Source of the DNA: Polyangiales bacterium
Lineage (GTDB): Bacteria; Myxococcota_A; Polyangia; Polyangiales; JADJQN01
DNA length: 64,000 bases
Reading direction: 5' to 3'
Assembly (NCBI GenBank): GCA_964202905.1
Contig: CAXNJO010000013.1
Location: 64,001 to 128,000 of the forward strand
Shown: positions 21,239 through 31,051 of the stretch, piece by piece
Layout of the letters: the number at the start of each line of letters is the position of its first letter
Position numbering within the stretch: the stretch's first letter is position 1
Program-made: the position numbers and the translations under genes
Notes under the pieces: generated by a model
Seen by the model: the letters and a program-made list of their open reading frames with translations, nothing else
Database searches by the model: none
What the model was told of the DNA's origin: nothing

Positions 21239-22201
21239 ATGAAGGGCTCCTTCTCCCTCCGGGTCGCGCGCGCGGTCCTGTGCGTCGCGCTCACCCTGCC
21301 CCCGCTCGGCTGCGCAGCGGGCAGCGACACTCCGCTCGACCTCGGCCGCGACGCGCGGATTCCCGCATCGCCCGACCTCGGCGCAGCGGACCTCGGCGCA
21401 GCGGACTTCGGCGCGGGCGACGCAGGCCCGGGCGACCTCGGCGCAGCGGACCTCGGTGCGGCAGACCTCGGCGCCAACGACGCCGGCCCGGACGACCTCG
21501 GCGCGGCAGACCTCGGCGCGGAGGACGCGGGCCTGCGCGATCTCGGCGCGGCCGATGCGGGCGCGATCGACCTCGGCGCTCGGGATTTGGGCGCGGCGTC
21601 CGGCTATCGGCACACCATCGCCATCGATGGTGTCGACGACTTCGACCCGGCCGACCGGTTCGCGACGACGACGACGGGCTACGGCGCGCGCTTGAGCTGG
21701 GACGCGACGTCGCTCTACGTCGGGATGTCGGGGCCCGACATCGGCTCCGGGAGCGCGACGCGGTGGCTCGTCGTGTACCTCGACACGAACGGCGTGCTCG
21801 GCGGGACGCGGACGGGCGTCACGTACAACACGCAGACCCCGCTGCTCCCCGCCGGTTTCCTGGCCGACTACGCCTTCCGCTGGAAGGCGGACAACAGCTT
21901 CCAGAGCGTGCAGCGCTGGAGCGGCAGCGCGTGGGAAGAGGCCGCGATCACGCCTTCGACGTTCCAGTCGGGGACGTTCGTGGAGACGCGCATCTCGTTC
22001 TCCGACCTCGGCACGCCTGCGGTCGTCGGCGTCTCGATGCTCATGCTCAACGAGGCCGCGGGCGGCGAGTTCACCTACGCCGGCGCACCCGCTGGCACCT
22101 TCTCCGATGGCTACTACGGAACGATCCCGGTGACGCGCTGGATCGCCGCGGACCGCGCCCTCTCCGCGCCGCCCAACGACGCGAGCCGCGTGCGCCCCTG
22201 A
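21239..22201 (+). CDS. Lipoprotein with DLGAA-repeat linker and possible carbohydrate-binding (CBM9/DOMON-like) domain
   Basis: Lipobox LGC, DLGAA repeats, IAIDG..DF and LSWDATSLYVG segments. Confidence 0.6.
   Translation: MKGSFSLRVARAVLCVALTLPPLGCAAGSDTPLDLGRDARIPASPDLGAADLGAADFGAGDAGPGDLGAADLGAADLGANDAGPDDLGAADLGAEDAGLRDLGAADAGAIDLGARDLGAASGYRHTIAIDGVDDFDPADRFATTTTGYGARLSWDATSLYVGMSGPDIGSGSATRWLVVYLDTNGVLGGTRTGVTYNTQTPLLPAGFLADYAFRWKADNSFQSVQRWSGSAWEEAAITPSTFQSGTFVETRISFSDLGTPAVVGVSMLMLNEAAGGEFTYAGAPAGTFSDGYYGTIPVTRWIAADRALSAPPNDASRVRP
21374..21598 (+). repeat. Degenerate 15-bp coding tandem repeat (DLGAA/DAGPx)
   Basis: Repeated GACCTCGGCGCRGCR units. Confidence 0.85.
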
Positions 22202-22323
22202 GCCCCTGAGCCCGCTGGCGCGCGCACCGAGCGCGCGTCGCCGGCCGTTCGTCCCAGCGCGCGCCGCGGCCTTCCGATCACGCACCGATGGGCGCCGTAC
22301 TGTGCGGCGCCTACGTGCAGCGC

Positions 22324-24312
22324 ATGGCGGTTTTCGACCGGGACTCCGAGCGCAGGGAGATGGTCCGTGTGCAGCTCGTCGGGCGCGGGATCGCCGACGA
22401 CGCCGTCCTCGCCGCGATGCGCGAGGTGCCGCGCGAGGTGTTCGTGCCCCCGGCGCTCGCGGCGCGCGCGTACGAGGACGGGCCGCTGCCGATCGCAGCC
22501 GGACAGACCATCTCCCAGCCGTTCATCGTGGCCGCGATGGTGGAGGCGGCCCGCGTCACCCGCGACAGCCGCGTGCTCGAGATCGGCGCGGGCTCGGGCT
22601 ACGCGGCGGCCGTCCTCTCGCGCATCGCGGCCGAGGTGTTCGCGATCGAGCGACACGAGGTCCTCGCCGAGGCGGCCACAGCGCGCCTTGCCGGACTCGG
22701 ATACGACAACACCCTCCTCCGCTGCGCGGACGGCACGCGTGGGTGGCCGGAGCACGCCCCCTTCGACGCGATCATCGTCTCGGCCGGAGGCCCGACGGTG
22801 CCGACGGCCCTGATGGAGCAACTCGCGGTGAGCGGGCGCATTGTCATCGCCGTCGGCCCGACGCGCGACGAACAGCGACTCGTGCGCGTGGTGAAGCTCG
22901 GTCCCGGGCAACACGCGCAGGAGGACCTCGGCGCGGTGCATTTCGTGCCGCTCATCGGCGTCGGCGGCTGGCCCGCGTCCCTCGCGCCGGGCGGCGAGCG
23001 GCCTGCGGCGCAGCGCGGCGTCGCGCAGCTGATCCGCGAAAGCGCCGAGCCGCTCGACGACATCGACGAGGCCTCGCTCGGCGCGCTGCTCTCACGCATC
23101 GGAGACGCGCGCGTCGTGCTGCTCGGCGAGGCGACGCACGGGACCTCCGAGTTCTACCGGATGCGCGCGCGGATCACGCGCGAGCTGATCCTGCGGCGTG
23201 GCTTCCGGATCGTCGCGGTCGAGGCGGACTGGCCTGACGCGGCGGTGGTCGCTCGGCACGTGCGTCAGCTCCCGAGCGCGCCGCGCAGCTGGTCGGCGTT
23301 CAGCCGGTTTCCCACTTGGATGTGGCGAAACGCAGAGACGCGCGAGCTGATCACATGGATTCGAGAATACAATTATGAACACAAGACATCGAGTGAAAGA
23401 GTCGGATTCTACGGCCTCGATCTCTACAGTCTCTACACCTCGATCTCCGAGGTCGTCGGCTGGCTCGACCGCGTCGATCCCGCTGCAGCGCGGCGCGCGC
23501 GCGAGCGCTACGGCTGCCTCGCGACCTGGGCCGAGGACCCGGCAGCCTACGGGCAGGCCGCACGCTCGCGGTTCGCGCGGATCTGCGAGCGGGAGGTCAC
23601 GCAGATGCTGCGCGACCTGCTCGAGCGGCGCGTCGCGTGGGCGGGCGCGAACGGCGACGCCTTCCTCGACGCGCTCCAGAACGCGCGCCTCGTCGCCGAC
23701 GCCGAGCGCTACTACCGCGTGATGAACGAGGGGGCCACGGCGTCGTGGAACCTCCGCGATCAGCACATGTTCGACACGCTCGAGGCGGTGCTCGCCTTCC
23801 GCGGGCCGGGCGCGCGCGCCGTCGTGTGGGAGCACAACTCGCACGTCGGCGACGCCACGGCGACGGACATGGGCGCACGCGGCGAGCACAACGTCGGGAG
23901 CCTCCGCCGGGCGCGCTTCGGCGAGGACGTCTACATCCTCGGCTTCGGCACGGATCGCGGCACGGTCGCGGCGGCGTCGGGCTGGGACCAGCCGGTGGAG
24001 ATCATGCGCGTGCGGCCCGCGCGCGACGACAGCTACGAGGGCCTCTTCCACCGCGCCGGGCTCACCGCGGGCCTGCTGCATCTGCGCCGACCGCGGCGCG
24101 CGTCGGTGCGTGACGAGCTGCTCGTGCCGCGGCTCGAGCGCGCGATCGGCGTCGTCTTCCGGCCCGAGACCGAGCGCGCGAGCCACTGCTTCCAGGCGGT
24201 GTTGCCGCTGCAATTCGACGAGTACGCGTTCTTCGACGAGACGCACGCCGTCACACCGCTCCCCGCGGAGCAGCCGCACGGGATGCCTGACACCTGGCCG
24301 TTCGGGCTCTAG
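22324..24312 (+). CDS. Protein-L-isoaspartate O-methyltransferase / erythromycin esterase-family fusion
   Basis: GQTISQP, VLEIGAGSGY; then LLGEATHGT, VEADWPD, WNLRD, WEHNSH. Confidence 0.9.
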   Translation: MAVFDRDSERREMVRVQLVGRGIADDAVLAAMREVPREVFVPPALAARAYEDGPLPIAAGQTISQPFIVAAMVEAARVTRDSRVLEIGAGSGYAAAVLSRIAAEVFAIERHEVLAEAATARLAGLGYDNTLLRCADGTRGWPEHAPFDAIIVSAGGPTVPTALMEQLAVSGRIVIAVGPTRDEQRLVRVVKLGPGQHAQEDLGAVHFVPLIGVGGWPASLAPGGERPAAQRGVAQLIRESAEPLDDIDEASLGALLSRIGDARVVLLGEATHGTSEFYRMRARITRELILRRGFRIVAVEADWPDAAVVARHVRQLPSAPRSWSAFSRFPTWMWRNAETRELITWIREYNYEHKTSSERVGFYGLDLYSLYTSISEVVGWLDRVDPAAARRARERYGCLATWAEDPAAYGQAARSRFARICEREVTQMLRDLLERRVAWAGANGDAFLDALQNARLVADAERYYRVMNEGATASWNLRDQHMFDTLEAVLAFRGPGARAVVWEHNSHVGDATATDMGARGEHNVGSLRRARFGEDVYILGFGTDRGTVAAASGWDQPVEIMRVRPARDDSYEGLFHRAGLTAGLLHLRRPRRASVRDELLVPRLERAIGVVFRPETERASHCFQAVLPLQFDEYAFFDETHAVTPLPAEQPHGMPDTWPFGL

Positions 24313-24339
24313 GCCGGCGCCCACCGAGGAGCTGCGCGC

Positions 24340-25512
24340 ATGACCAGCCACACCCGGCTCTGCTTCGGCGACGACGCGCGGGCGCGCGTGCTGACGGGCG
24401 CGACGGCCCTCGCCGATGCGATCCGCATCACGCTCGGCCCGCGCTCACGCAGCGTCCTCATCGGCGCGCGTTGGGGGACGCCGACTGTGTGCGACGACGG
24501 CGTGACCATCGCGCGGCAGCTGCACCTGAAGGAGCCCGAGGAGGACCTCGGCGTGCAGATGCTGCGCCAGGCCGCCGTCCGCACGGACGACGCGGTGGGC
24601 GACGCGGTGGGCGACGGCACGAGCACGTCGGCGGTGCTGGCGCACGCGCTCTTCGCCGACGGGCTCCGCAACGTGGTCGCGGGCGCGAGCGCGACGGAGC
24701 TGCGGCGCGGGATGACGCTCGCGTCGGCGGCCGTGAGCGACGCGCTCCGAGGCATGGCGCGCCCGGTGTCGTCGCGGAGCGAGAAGGTGCAGGTCGCGAC
24801 CGTGTCCGCGCACGGCGACGCCACGCTCGGCGAGCTCGTGGGCGACGCGGTGCATCGTGTCGGCGGCGACGGAGTCGTCACCGTCGAAGAAGCGCGGGCG
24901 ACCGAGACGAACATCGAGATCGTCGAGGGGATGCGCTTCGATCGGGGCTGTTTGTCGCCCTATTTCGTGACGTCGACCGAGCGCATGGAGTGCTCGCTCG
25001 ACCACCCCTACGTGCTCGTGACCGACCGCCGCGTCGGCGCGCCGTCCGAGCGCGAGCTCAAGCAGCGCAAGGAGGCCGTCGAGGACGCGATCCGCTCGAC
25101 GCAGGCCGCCGTCGCGGAGGGCATCGTGCCGGGCGGCGGCGGCGCGCTCGCACGCGCGGGGGCGGCGGTGATCGAGGTCGAACGCGGGCTCGAGGGTGAT
25201 CGGCTCACGGGCGCGCGGATCCTGAGGACCGCCCTCGTCGCGCCGCTGCGGCAGATCGCGACGAACTCCGGGGCCGATCCCGGCGTCGTCCTCGAGCACG
25301 TGCTCGCGGGGAGCGGGGCCTTCGGCTTCGACGCGGCGACCGGGCGCTACGGCGACCTCATCGAGGCGGGCATCGTCGATCCGGTGCAGGTCGTGCGGAT
25401 CGCCCCCGAAAATGCGGTGTCCGTCGCCGGCACGCTGCTCCTCGCGGAGGCGACCATGACCGAGCGCGAGGACGACGCGGAGAACCCCGCCGCCCCCGAC
25501 GGAGAGACCTGA
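24340..25512 (+). pseudogene. groEL: GroEL paralog with in-frame loss of most of the apical domain
   Basis: TLGP, DGVTIA, GDGTST, EGMRFDRG, EGIVPGGG, GIVDP present; only 390 aa; YVLVTDRR joined directly to VGAPSE. Confidence 0.8.
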
Positions 25513-25572
25513 GCGTCCGGATCGAACGCGTCGCTTCCGCGGCGCGGCGGCCGGCCCACGAGGAGACAACGC

Positions 25573-25992
25573 ATGCGAGCCGACGAGATCATGACCGACG
25601 AGGTGATCACCATCCGCGCGACCCAGACGGTCGCGGACGCGCTCGACGTGTTCTCCGAGCGGCGCGTGCGTCATCTGCCGGTGCTCGGCGACGCGGGCCA
25701 GCTCGTCGGCATGCTGAGCGACCGCGACGTGCGCTCGCTCGGCGTGACGCATCCCCTCGACGAGCGCAGCCTCCAGCGGCTGCACGAGCGGCTGCGCGCG
25801 AGCGTGTCGAGCGCGATGCAGGGTGACGTCGCGACGGTCGGTCCCGACACGGAGCTGCGCGAGCTCATCGACACGATGCTCGAGGCGGGCGTCGGCGCGC
25901 TGCCCGTCGTCGACGAGGACACGGACTCGCTCGTCGGCATCGTGAGTTACGTGGACGTGCTGCGCGCGGTCTCCTCGGCGCCCGAGGCCTGA
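25573..25992 (+). CDS. CBS domain pair protein
   Basis: VRHLPV...LVGMLSDRD and ALPVVD...LVGIVSYVD. Confidence 0.9.
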   Translation: MRADEIMTDEVITIRATQTVADALDVFSERRVRHLPVLGDAGQLVGMLSDRDVRSLGVTHPLDERSLQRLHERLRASVSSAMQGDVATVGPDTELRELIDTMLEAGVGALPVVDEDTDSLVGIVSYVDVLRAVSSAPEA

Positions 25993-26038
25993 CGGGCCGA
26001 GTCCGTCGCGGGCGGCGCGGGCTGCTACCCTCGCGCAC

Positions 26039-27238
26039 ATGTTCGTCGCGTTTCTCTACGAGCTGCGCAAGCGCAAGGTCCCCGTCGGCACCACCGAGGC
26101 CGTGCAGCTCGCCCGCGCGCTCGGCGCGGGGCTGCACGGCTCGTCGCTCGACGGTTTCTACCACGTCGCGCGCGCCATCCTCGTGCACTCCGAGGCGCAC
26201 CTCGACGCGTTCGACGAGGCGTTCGCCGCGCACTTTCGCGGGGTCGCGGCGGATGCCCTGAAGGTGCACGAGGAGCTGCTCGAGTGGCTCCGCGAGGCCC
26301 AGAAGCTCGAGCGGCCGCTCACCGAGGAGGAGGCCGCGCTCGGCGAGGCGCTCGACCTCGAGGAGTTGCGCCGCCTGTTCGAGGAGCGTCTCCGCGAGCA
26401 GAAGGAGCGCCACGACGGCGGCAACAAGTGGATCGGCACGGGCGGCACCTCGCCGTTCGGGCACTCGGGGCGCGCGCATCAGCCGGGCGTGCGCGTCGGC
26501 GGGCCGGGCGGCGGCCGCAGCGCCGTGCAGATCGCCGACGCCCGCAAGTATCGACCGTACCGCAGCGATCTCTCGCTCGACGTGCGGCAGATGCAGGTCG
26601 CGCTCCGCAAGCTGCGCGCCTTCGAGCGCGAAGGCGGCGAGCAGGAGCTCGACCTCGAGGGTACCATCGACGCGACGGCGAAGAACGCCGGCGAGCTCGA
26701 CGTCGTGACGCGCCCACCTCGGCGCCCGAGCACGCGCGTCGTGCTGCTGATGGACGTCGGCGGCTCGATGGACCCGTACATCCACACGGTGTCGCGCCTC
26801 TTCAGCGCTGCGAGCAAAGCCTCGCATTTCAAGGATTTTCGCGCGTACTACTTCCACAACTGCGTGTACGGACGCGTCTACCGCACCGACCGCTTCGACG
26901 ACCCGGTGCTCGTGCGCGACCTGCTCGCCGAGTGCGGCAAGCACTACAAGCTCATCGTGGTGGGCGACGCGCTCATGGCCCCCTACGAGTTGATGTCGCC
27001 GGGCGGCACGATCGACCCGAGCGAGGGCGAGCGCCTCGAGGGGATCCGCTGGCTCCAGCGCCTCGCCGATCACTTCGAGAAGAGCGCCTGGCTCAACCCG
27101 GAGGCGCCGCACTACTGGGCGGGCAACACGATCGAGGTCATCCGTCAGGTGTTCCCGATGTTCCCGCTCACGCTCGAGGGCCTCGGCGAGGCGGTCACGC
27201 ACCTCGTTCGCGGCCGGGGCGCGCGGCGCGCAGCGTGA
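26039..27238 (+). CDS. VWA domain protein (CoxE-like MoxR partner)
   Basis: HDGGNKWIGTGGTSPFG, DVGGSM MIDAS, YFHNCVY, WLNP. Confidence 0.9.
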   Translation: MFVAFLYELRKRKVPVGTTEAVQLARALGAGLHGSSLDGFYHVARAILVHSEAHLDAFDEAFAAHFRGVAADALKVHEELLEWLREAQKLERPLTEEEAALGEALDLEELRRLFEERLREQKERHDGGNKWIGTGGTSPFGHSGRAHQPGVRVGGPGGGRSAVQIADARKYRPYRSDLSLDVRQMQVALRKLRAFEREGGEQELDLEGTIDATAKNAGELDVVTRPPRRPSTRVVLLMDVGGSMDPYIHTVSRLFSAASKASHFKDFRAYYFHNCVYGRVYRTDRFDDPVLVRDLLAECGKHYKLIVVGDALMAPYELMSPGGTIDPSEGERLEGIRWLQRLADHFEKSAWLNPEAPHYWAGNTIEVIRQVFPMFPLTLEGLGEAVTHLVRGRGARRAA

Positions 27239-27318
27239 GCACGGCGCCGCGCCGAGGACATCCGGCGCGAAGGGCGTGAGCCGCGCATCGCGTGTGCGGT
27301 GCGGGCGCGCCCCCTCAC

Positions 27319-27343
27319 GCGCTGAATGGCGATTCAGTACGCG
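27319..27343 (-). repeat. 25-bp palindromic repeat, copy 1
   Basis: Reverse complement CGCGTACTGAATCGCCATTCAGCGC, 3 mismatches to the copy at 31027. Confidence 0.7.
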
Positions 27344-27933
27344 CTGAGCAGCGCCTCGGTCGAGGCCGAGAGGCACACGCGCGTCGAGACGATGCCCGTC
27401 GGCGCGCGCACGTAGGCGAGCTCGCAGGCGAGCCCCGCGGGGCAGGACTCGTCACTCGTGCAGAGGTCCACGCAGAGGCCGAGCGAGCGCTCGCAGAACT
27501 GGCTGTTGCAGTCGCCGTTCTGCGTGCAGGCGGCGCCCGCCTGCCGGTTGTGCAGGCCCGCGCCCGTGTCCTGGAGACACACGGGGACCGTCTCGATGGC
27601 GGTCATCCCGGTGATGGCCGCCGGCGAGCCGGCGCCGAAGGTGCCCACGGTGAGCGCGTTGCCGCGCAGCGAGCAGTGCGTGCCGCTCGGGCACTGGCTG
27701 TTGAGGGCGCACGGCTGCGCGCACACGCCGCTCACGCAGCTCTGCGTGCCCCAGCGGCACGCGGGCGTGCCGGTCGCCGAGCACGCCGAGCCCGTCGCCG
27801 CCGTGCCGTTGTCGTCGAGCGCGCAGCGGGCATACATCGCGGGCGAGGTCCCGGTGATGCGGAGGATCTCGCAGACCGTGCCCGTCGCGCAGCTCCCGTT
27901 ATCGCCAGGCGCGTGGTGCGAGCAGAAGTCCAC
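27334..27933 (-). CDS. Cys-rich extracellular protein, possibly a 5'-truncated remnant
   Basis: Many myxobacterial-type Cys repeats; no signal peptide or clear start. Confidence 0.55.
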   Translation of the reverse strand: MDFCSHHAPGDNGSCATGTVCEILRITGTSPAMYARCALDDNGTAATGSACSATGTPACRWGTQSCVSGVCAQPCALNSQCPSGTHCSLRGNALTVGTFGAGSPAAITGMTAIETVPVCLQDTGAGLHNRQAGAACTQNGDCNSQFCERSLGLCVDLCTSDESCPAGLACELAYVRAPTGIVSTRVCLSASTEALLSAY

Positions 27934-28053
27934 GCGAAACGTGGCAGCGCGAACGCAGCGCGCCGGGCGACGCGCACGCGTGACGCTCGCCCGAGTTCCT
28001 CGCGATTTCAGGGAGATCGACGACGCCCCGCGGCGCGCTCGCCCGCCGAGGCG

Positions 28054-28935
28054 TCAGGGCGCGCGGAGGTTGTTCCCGCAGAGGTCGGTGTCGGGGTCCG
28101 CGTCGCACACGGGGTCCGTGCACGTCGGCGTGCCGAAGCAGCCCGCGCCGCCGCACGACTGGCAGCAGCGCGTGCCGCCCCCGCAGCGCGCGGGACCCTC
28201 GCACGACTCGCCGCGCGTGCGCTCGACGCAGCGACGTCCGACCACGCAGCCGCGCACCGGGTCGAAGATCTCGAGCGGGCCGCAGGTGCAGGCCATCGCC
28301 GCGCAGTCGAGCTCGCACGCCACGCCGCACACCGAGTTGCAGCAGGTGGCCGCCCACGTGCCGTCCGTCCGCGCGCAGAGCAGCTCGGGCGGGAGCGGAT
28401 CCACGACGGCGCACATCGGATCGGCGACGCAACCCGCGTCGGCGTCGTAGTTGCGACCGCTGCCGCAGTTGCAGGCGGGGGCGCCGACCAGACAGACCTG
28501 CGGAGGCGGGAGGCCGCAGCGGTAGTCGCCGCATTCCTCCGCCCACCACGCCCACTCTCCGCCCGTCGCGCGGCAGCGCTGCGGTTTGCACGCGGCGTGC
28601 GCCGCCTCGCACGCAGCGAGGCTGTTGGCCCCGGTGGTCGCGCAGTCCGCGCCGACACACGCCCCGCAGTCGATCTCGGCGCACGCCTCGCCGTCCCAGT
28701 GCCAGCGCGAAGGGCCGTCACACAGCGCCACGGGACACGGATCGCGGCGCGCGTCCTCGGGATCGCAGAGGTCCCGCGGCCCGGCATCGAGGACGTCGCC
28801 GTCGACCGGGGCGGCATCGGGCAGCGCCGCATCGGGCAGCGCGGCGTTGGGTGCGGTGTGCGTCGCGCTGCATGCCGCAGCGCCGAGCGCGAGCAGCAGG
28901 GACGTCGTGCGTGCCAGGGTGTGCCGAGTCGTCAT
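28054..28935 (-). CDS. Cys-rich lipoprotein
   Basis: Lipobox AAAC, PDAAL linker, many Cys. Confidence 0.75.
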   Translation of the reverse strand: MTTRHTLARTTSLLLALGAAACSATHTAPNAALPDAALPDAAPVDGDVLDAGPRDLCDPEDARRDPCPVALCDGPSRWHWDGEACAEIDCGACVGADCATTGANSLAACEAAHAACKPQRCRATGGEWAWWAEECGDYRCGLPPPQVCLVGAPACNCGSGRNYDADAGCVADPMCAVVDPLPPELLCARTDGTWAATCCNSVCGVACELDCAAMACTCGPLEIFDPVRGCVVGRRCVERTRGESCEGPARCGGGTRCCQSCGGAGCFGTPTCTDPVCDADPDTDLCGNNLRAP

Positions 28936-29041
28936 GATCGCAGGAGCGATGCACGCGGCGTGCCCGCCTGCGCGACCTGCGCGATCGGCGCGACCCGGTC
29001 GTCCTTGACGCTGCGGTGCCGTCCCGGTCTGATGCGGCGCG

Positions 29042-31036
29042 ATGACGACCCCCCGGGAGAACGTGCGCCGCAGCGGCGAAGACGGCGATGCGCGCGACGC
29101 TTCCGGCGAAACCGAAGAGGCCCTGCGCGCGCGGATCGCGCACCTCGAGCGCGAGCTCGCCGCGACGCGCGCGGAGCGCGACTTCCTCTACGCCGCGCTC
29201 GAACACGTCCCGGTCGGCCTCGAGCTCTACGACCACGAGGGAGTCGCGCTCTGGCTCAACCGCGCGATGGTGGAGTTCACGGGGCTGCCCTCCGCCGAGA
29301 TCGCGGTGGGGCGCTTCAACATCCTCACGGATCCGTTCTCCGTCGTGACGGGCATGGTGGACCTCTTCCGCCGCGCCTACGCCGGAGAGGTCGTCCACAC
29401 GCGCGAGTTCGCGATCGACCTGCAGCTCGCCGCCATCGACTGGGGCGCATCCGGCAAGCAGATCCGCTTTCGCATGGTGCTCTGCCCGCAGCGCGACGAG
29501 GCGGGGCGCGTGCTGCGCGTCCTCGCCGTGATGTTCGAGGTCACGCAGCACCACGTCGCGCGGCGCGTCGCCGAGCGGCTGCTCGCGACCGCGAGCGACG
29601 AGGAGGCCTCGCAGCTCGTCGTCCAAGAACTCGCCGGGGAGCTCGACATCGTCGGCGCGCGCGTCTGGCGCACGACGAACGCCACCGGCCCGGGCCTCGC
29701 GCTCGTCGCGCAACACGAACGTCACCGCGACGAGGGCGCACCGGCGCCGCCCGCGGACTTCGCGGAGCGCACGCGCGACGCGGCGCGCACGCAGGCCGTG
29801 CTGCGCGACGAGGGCGACGCGACGCGCTGGGAGGTCGCGCTCGGTGCGGCGGGGGCCCACGCCGACGCGCTCGGCGTGCACGCCCTCGTCGCGGCGCCCA
29901 TCGCGGCGCCGCACGGCGTCATCGGCGTCATCGAGGTGGGCACCTCCTCGCGCTACCTCGCGACACAGGCGCTGCCCGCGATGGTCGAGCGGCTCGCGGA
30001 GCTCTACGCGGAGTTCGTCGAGCGCTCGCGCGCGCAGCGTCGCTTCGAGGCGCTGTTCGAGCGCTCGCCCGATCCCACGCTCGTCATCGACGCGGACGGC
30101 GCGGTGCGCGCGGCGAACGAGCGCGCGCGGGCCCTCCTCGGCGCGACGCCGACCTCGCTCACGACGACCTTCGAGGGATTCGCGGGGCTCGACCCGCGAC
30201 ACGCGGCGGTCTTCGACGGAGACGAGGCCGCGGGGGCGCCAGCCACCTGGATCGAGCGGACGATCGTCGATGCCCGCGGCGAGGCGATCCCCACGGAGAC
30301 GGCCGTCTCCCTGCTCGACGCCGACCTCCACGGCGGCACGAAGACGGCGCTCCTCGTGCTGCGCGATCTGCGCGAGCGCCTGCGCCTCGAGGCGGCGCTG
30401 CGCGGCTCGCTCGCCGAGAAGGACACGCTCCTCCGTGAGGTCCACCACCGCGTGAAGAACAACCTGCAGATCGTCTCGAGCCTCGTGAACATGCAGGCCG
30501 ATCGGCTCACGGACACCGCCGCGCGCGAGGCGCTCGTCGAGTGTTCGGACCGCGTCCGCGCGATGTCGCTCGTGCACCAGGTGCTCTACGGCGGCGACGA
30601 GCTCGGCAGCGTCCCGCTCGACGCGTACACGCGCTCGCTCGCGCATCATCTGCAGGGCTCGCTCGATCCGCACTGCGCGATCACGTTCCGGCTCGCGCCG
30701 GTGCGCGTGTCGCTCGAGGACGCGGTGCCCTGCGGGCTCATCCTGAACGAGCTGGTCACGAACGCGATCAAGCACGGGCGGTCGCCCGATGGCGGCTGCG
30801 CCCTCGAGATCGCGCTCACGCTGCGCGACGAGGGCTTCGAGCTGTGCGTCCTCGACGACGGCCCCGGCTTCACCCTCCCCGTCCCGCGCGGCTCACTCGG
30901 CGTGCAGCTGATCCACGCGCTCGCGCGGCAGCTCGGCGGCGCGCTCACGACCTCCCCGCGGACGGACGCAGAGCGCGCCTCGGCACGCGTGAGCGTCCGC
31001 CGGCGCTTGCACGACGACGCGACGCCCGCGCACTGA
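29042..31036 (+). CDS. PAS/GAF sensor histidine kinase (HisKA_2 type)
   Basis: LLREVHHRVKNNLQ, ELVTNAIKHG, DDGPG, SLG. Confidence 0.92.
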   Translation: MTTPRENVRRSGEDGDARDASGETEEALRARIAHLERELAATRAERDFLYAALEHVPVGLELYDHEGVALWLNRAMVEFTGLPSAEIAVGRFNILTDPFSVVTGMVDLFRRAYAGEVVHTREFAIDLQLAAIDWGASGKQIRFRMVLCPQRDEAGRVLRVLAVMFEVTQHHVARRVAERLLATASDEEASQLVVQELAGELDIVGARVWRTTNATGPGLALVAQHERHRDEGAPAPPADFAERTRDAARTQAVLRDEGDATRWEVALGAAGAHADALGVHALVAAPIAAPHGVIGVIEVGTSSRYLATQALPAMVERLAELYAEFVERSRAQRRFEALFERSPDPTLVIDADGAVRAANERARALLGATPTSLTTTFEGFAGLDPRHAAVFDGDEAAGAPATWIERTIVDARGEAIPTETAVSLLDADLHGGTKTALLVLRDLRERLRLEAALRGSLAEKDTLLREVHHRVKNNLQIVSSLVNMQADRLTDTAAREALVECSDRVRAMSLVHQVLYGGDELGSVPLDAYTRSLAHHLQGSLDPHCAITFRLAPVRVSLEDAVPCGLILNELVTNAIKHGRSPDGGCALEIALTLRDEGFELCVLDDGPGFTLPVPRGSLGVQLIHALARQLGGALTTSPRTDAERASARVSVRRRLHDDATPAH

Positions 31037-31051
31037 ACCGCGATTCAGCGC
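31027..31051 (+). repeat. 25-bp palindromic repeat, copy 2
   Basis: CGCGCACTGAACCGCGATTCAGCGC; contains the stop codons of both convergent genes. Confidence 0.8.

Noticed and set aside
24340..25512. Link between the truncated groEL and the ISCR-like array, as in groEL-associated ISCR3 structures
   Set aside because: It is 13 kb from the array with no element end nearby, and the lesion is an internal deletion.
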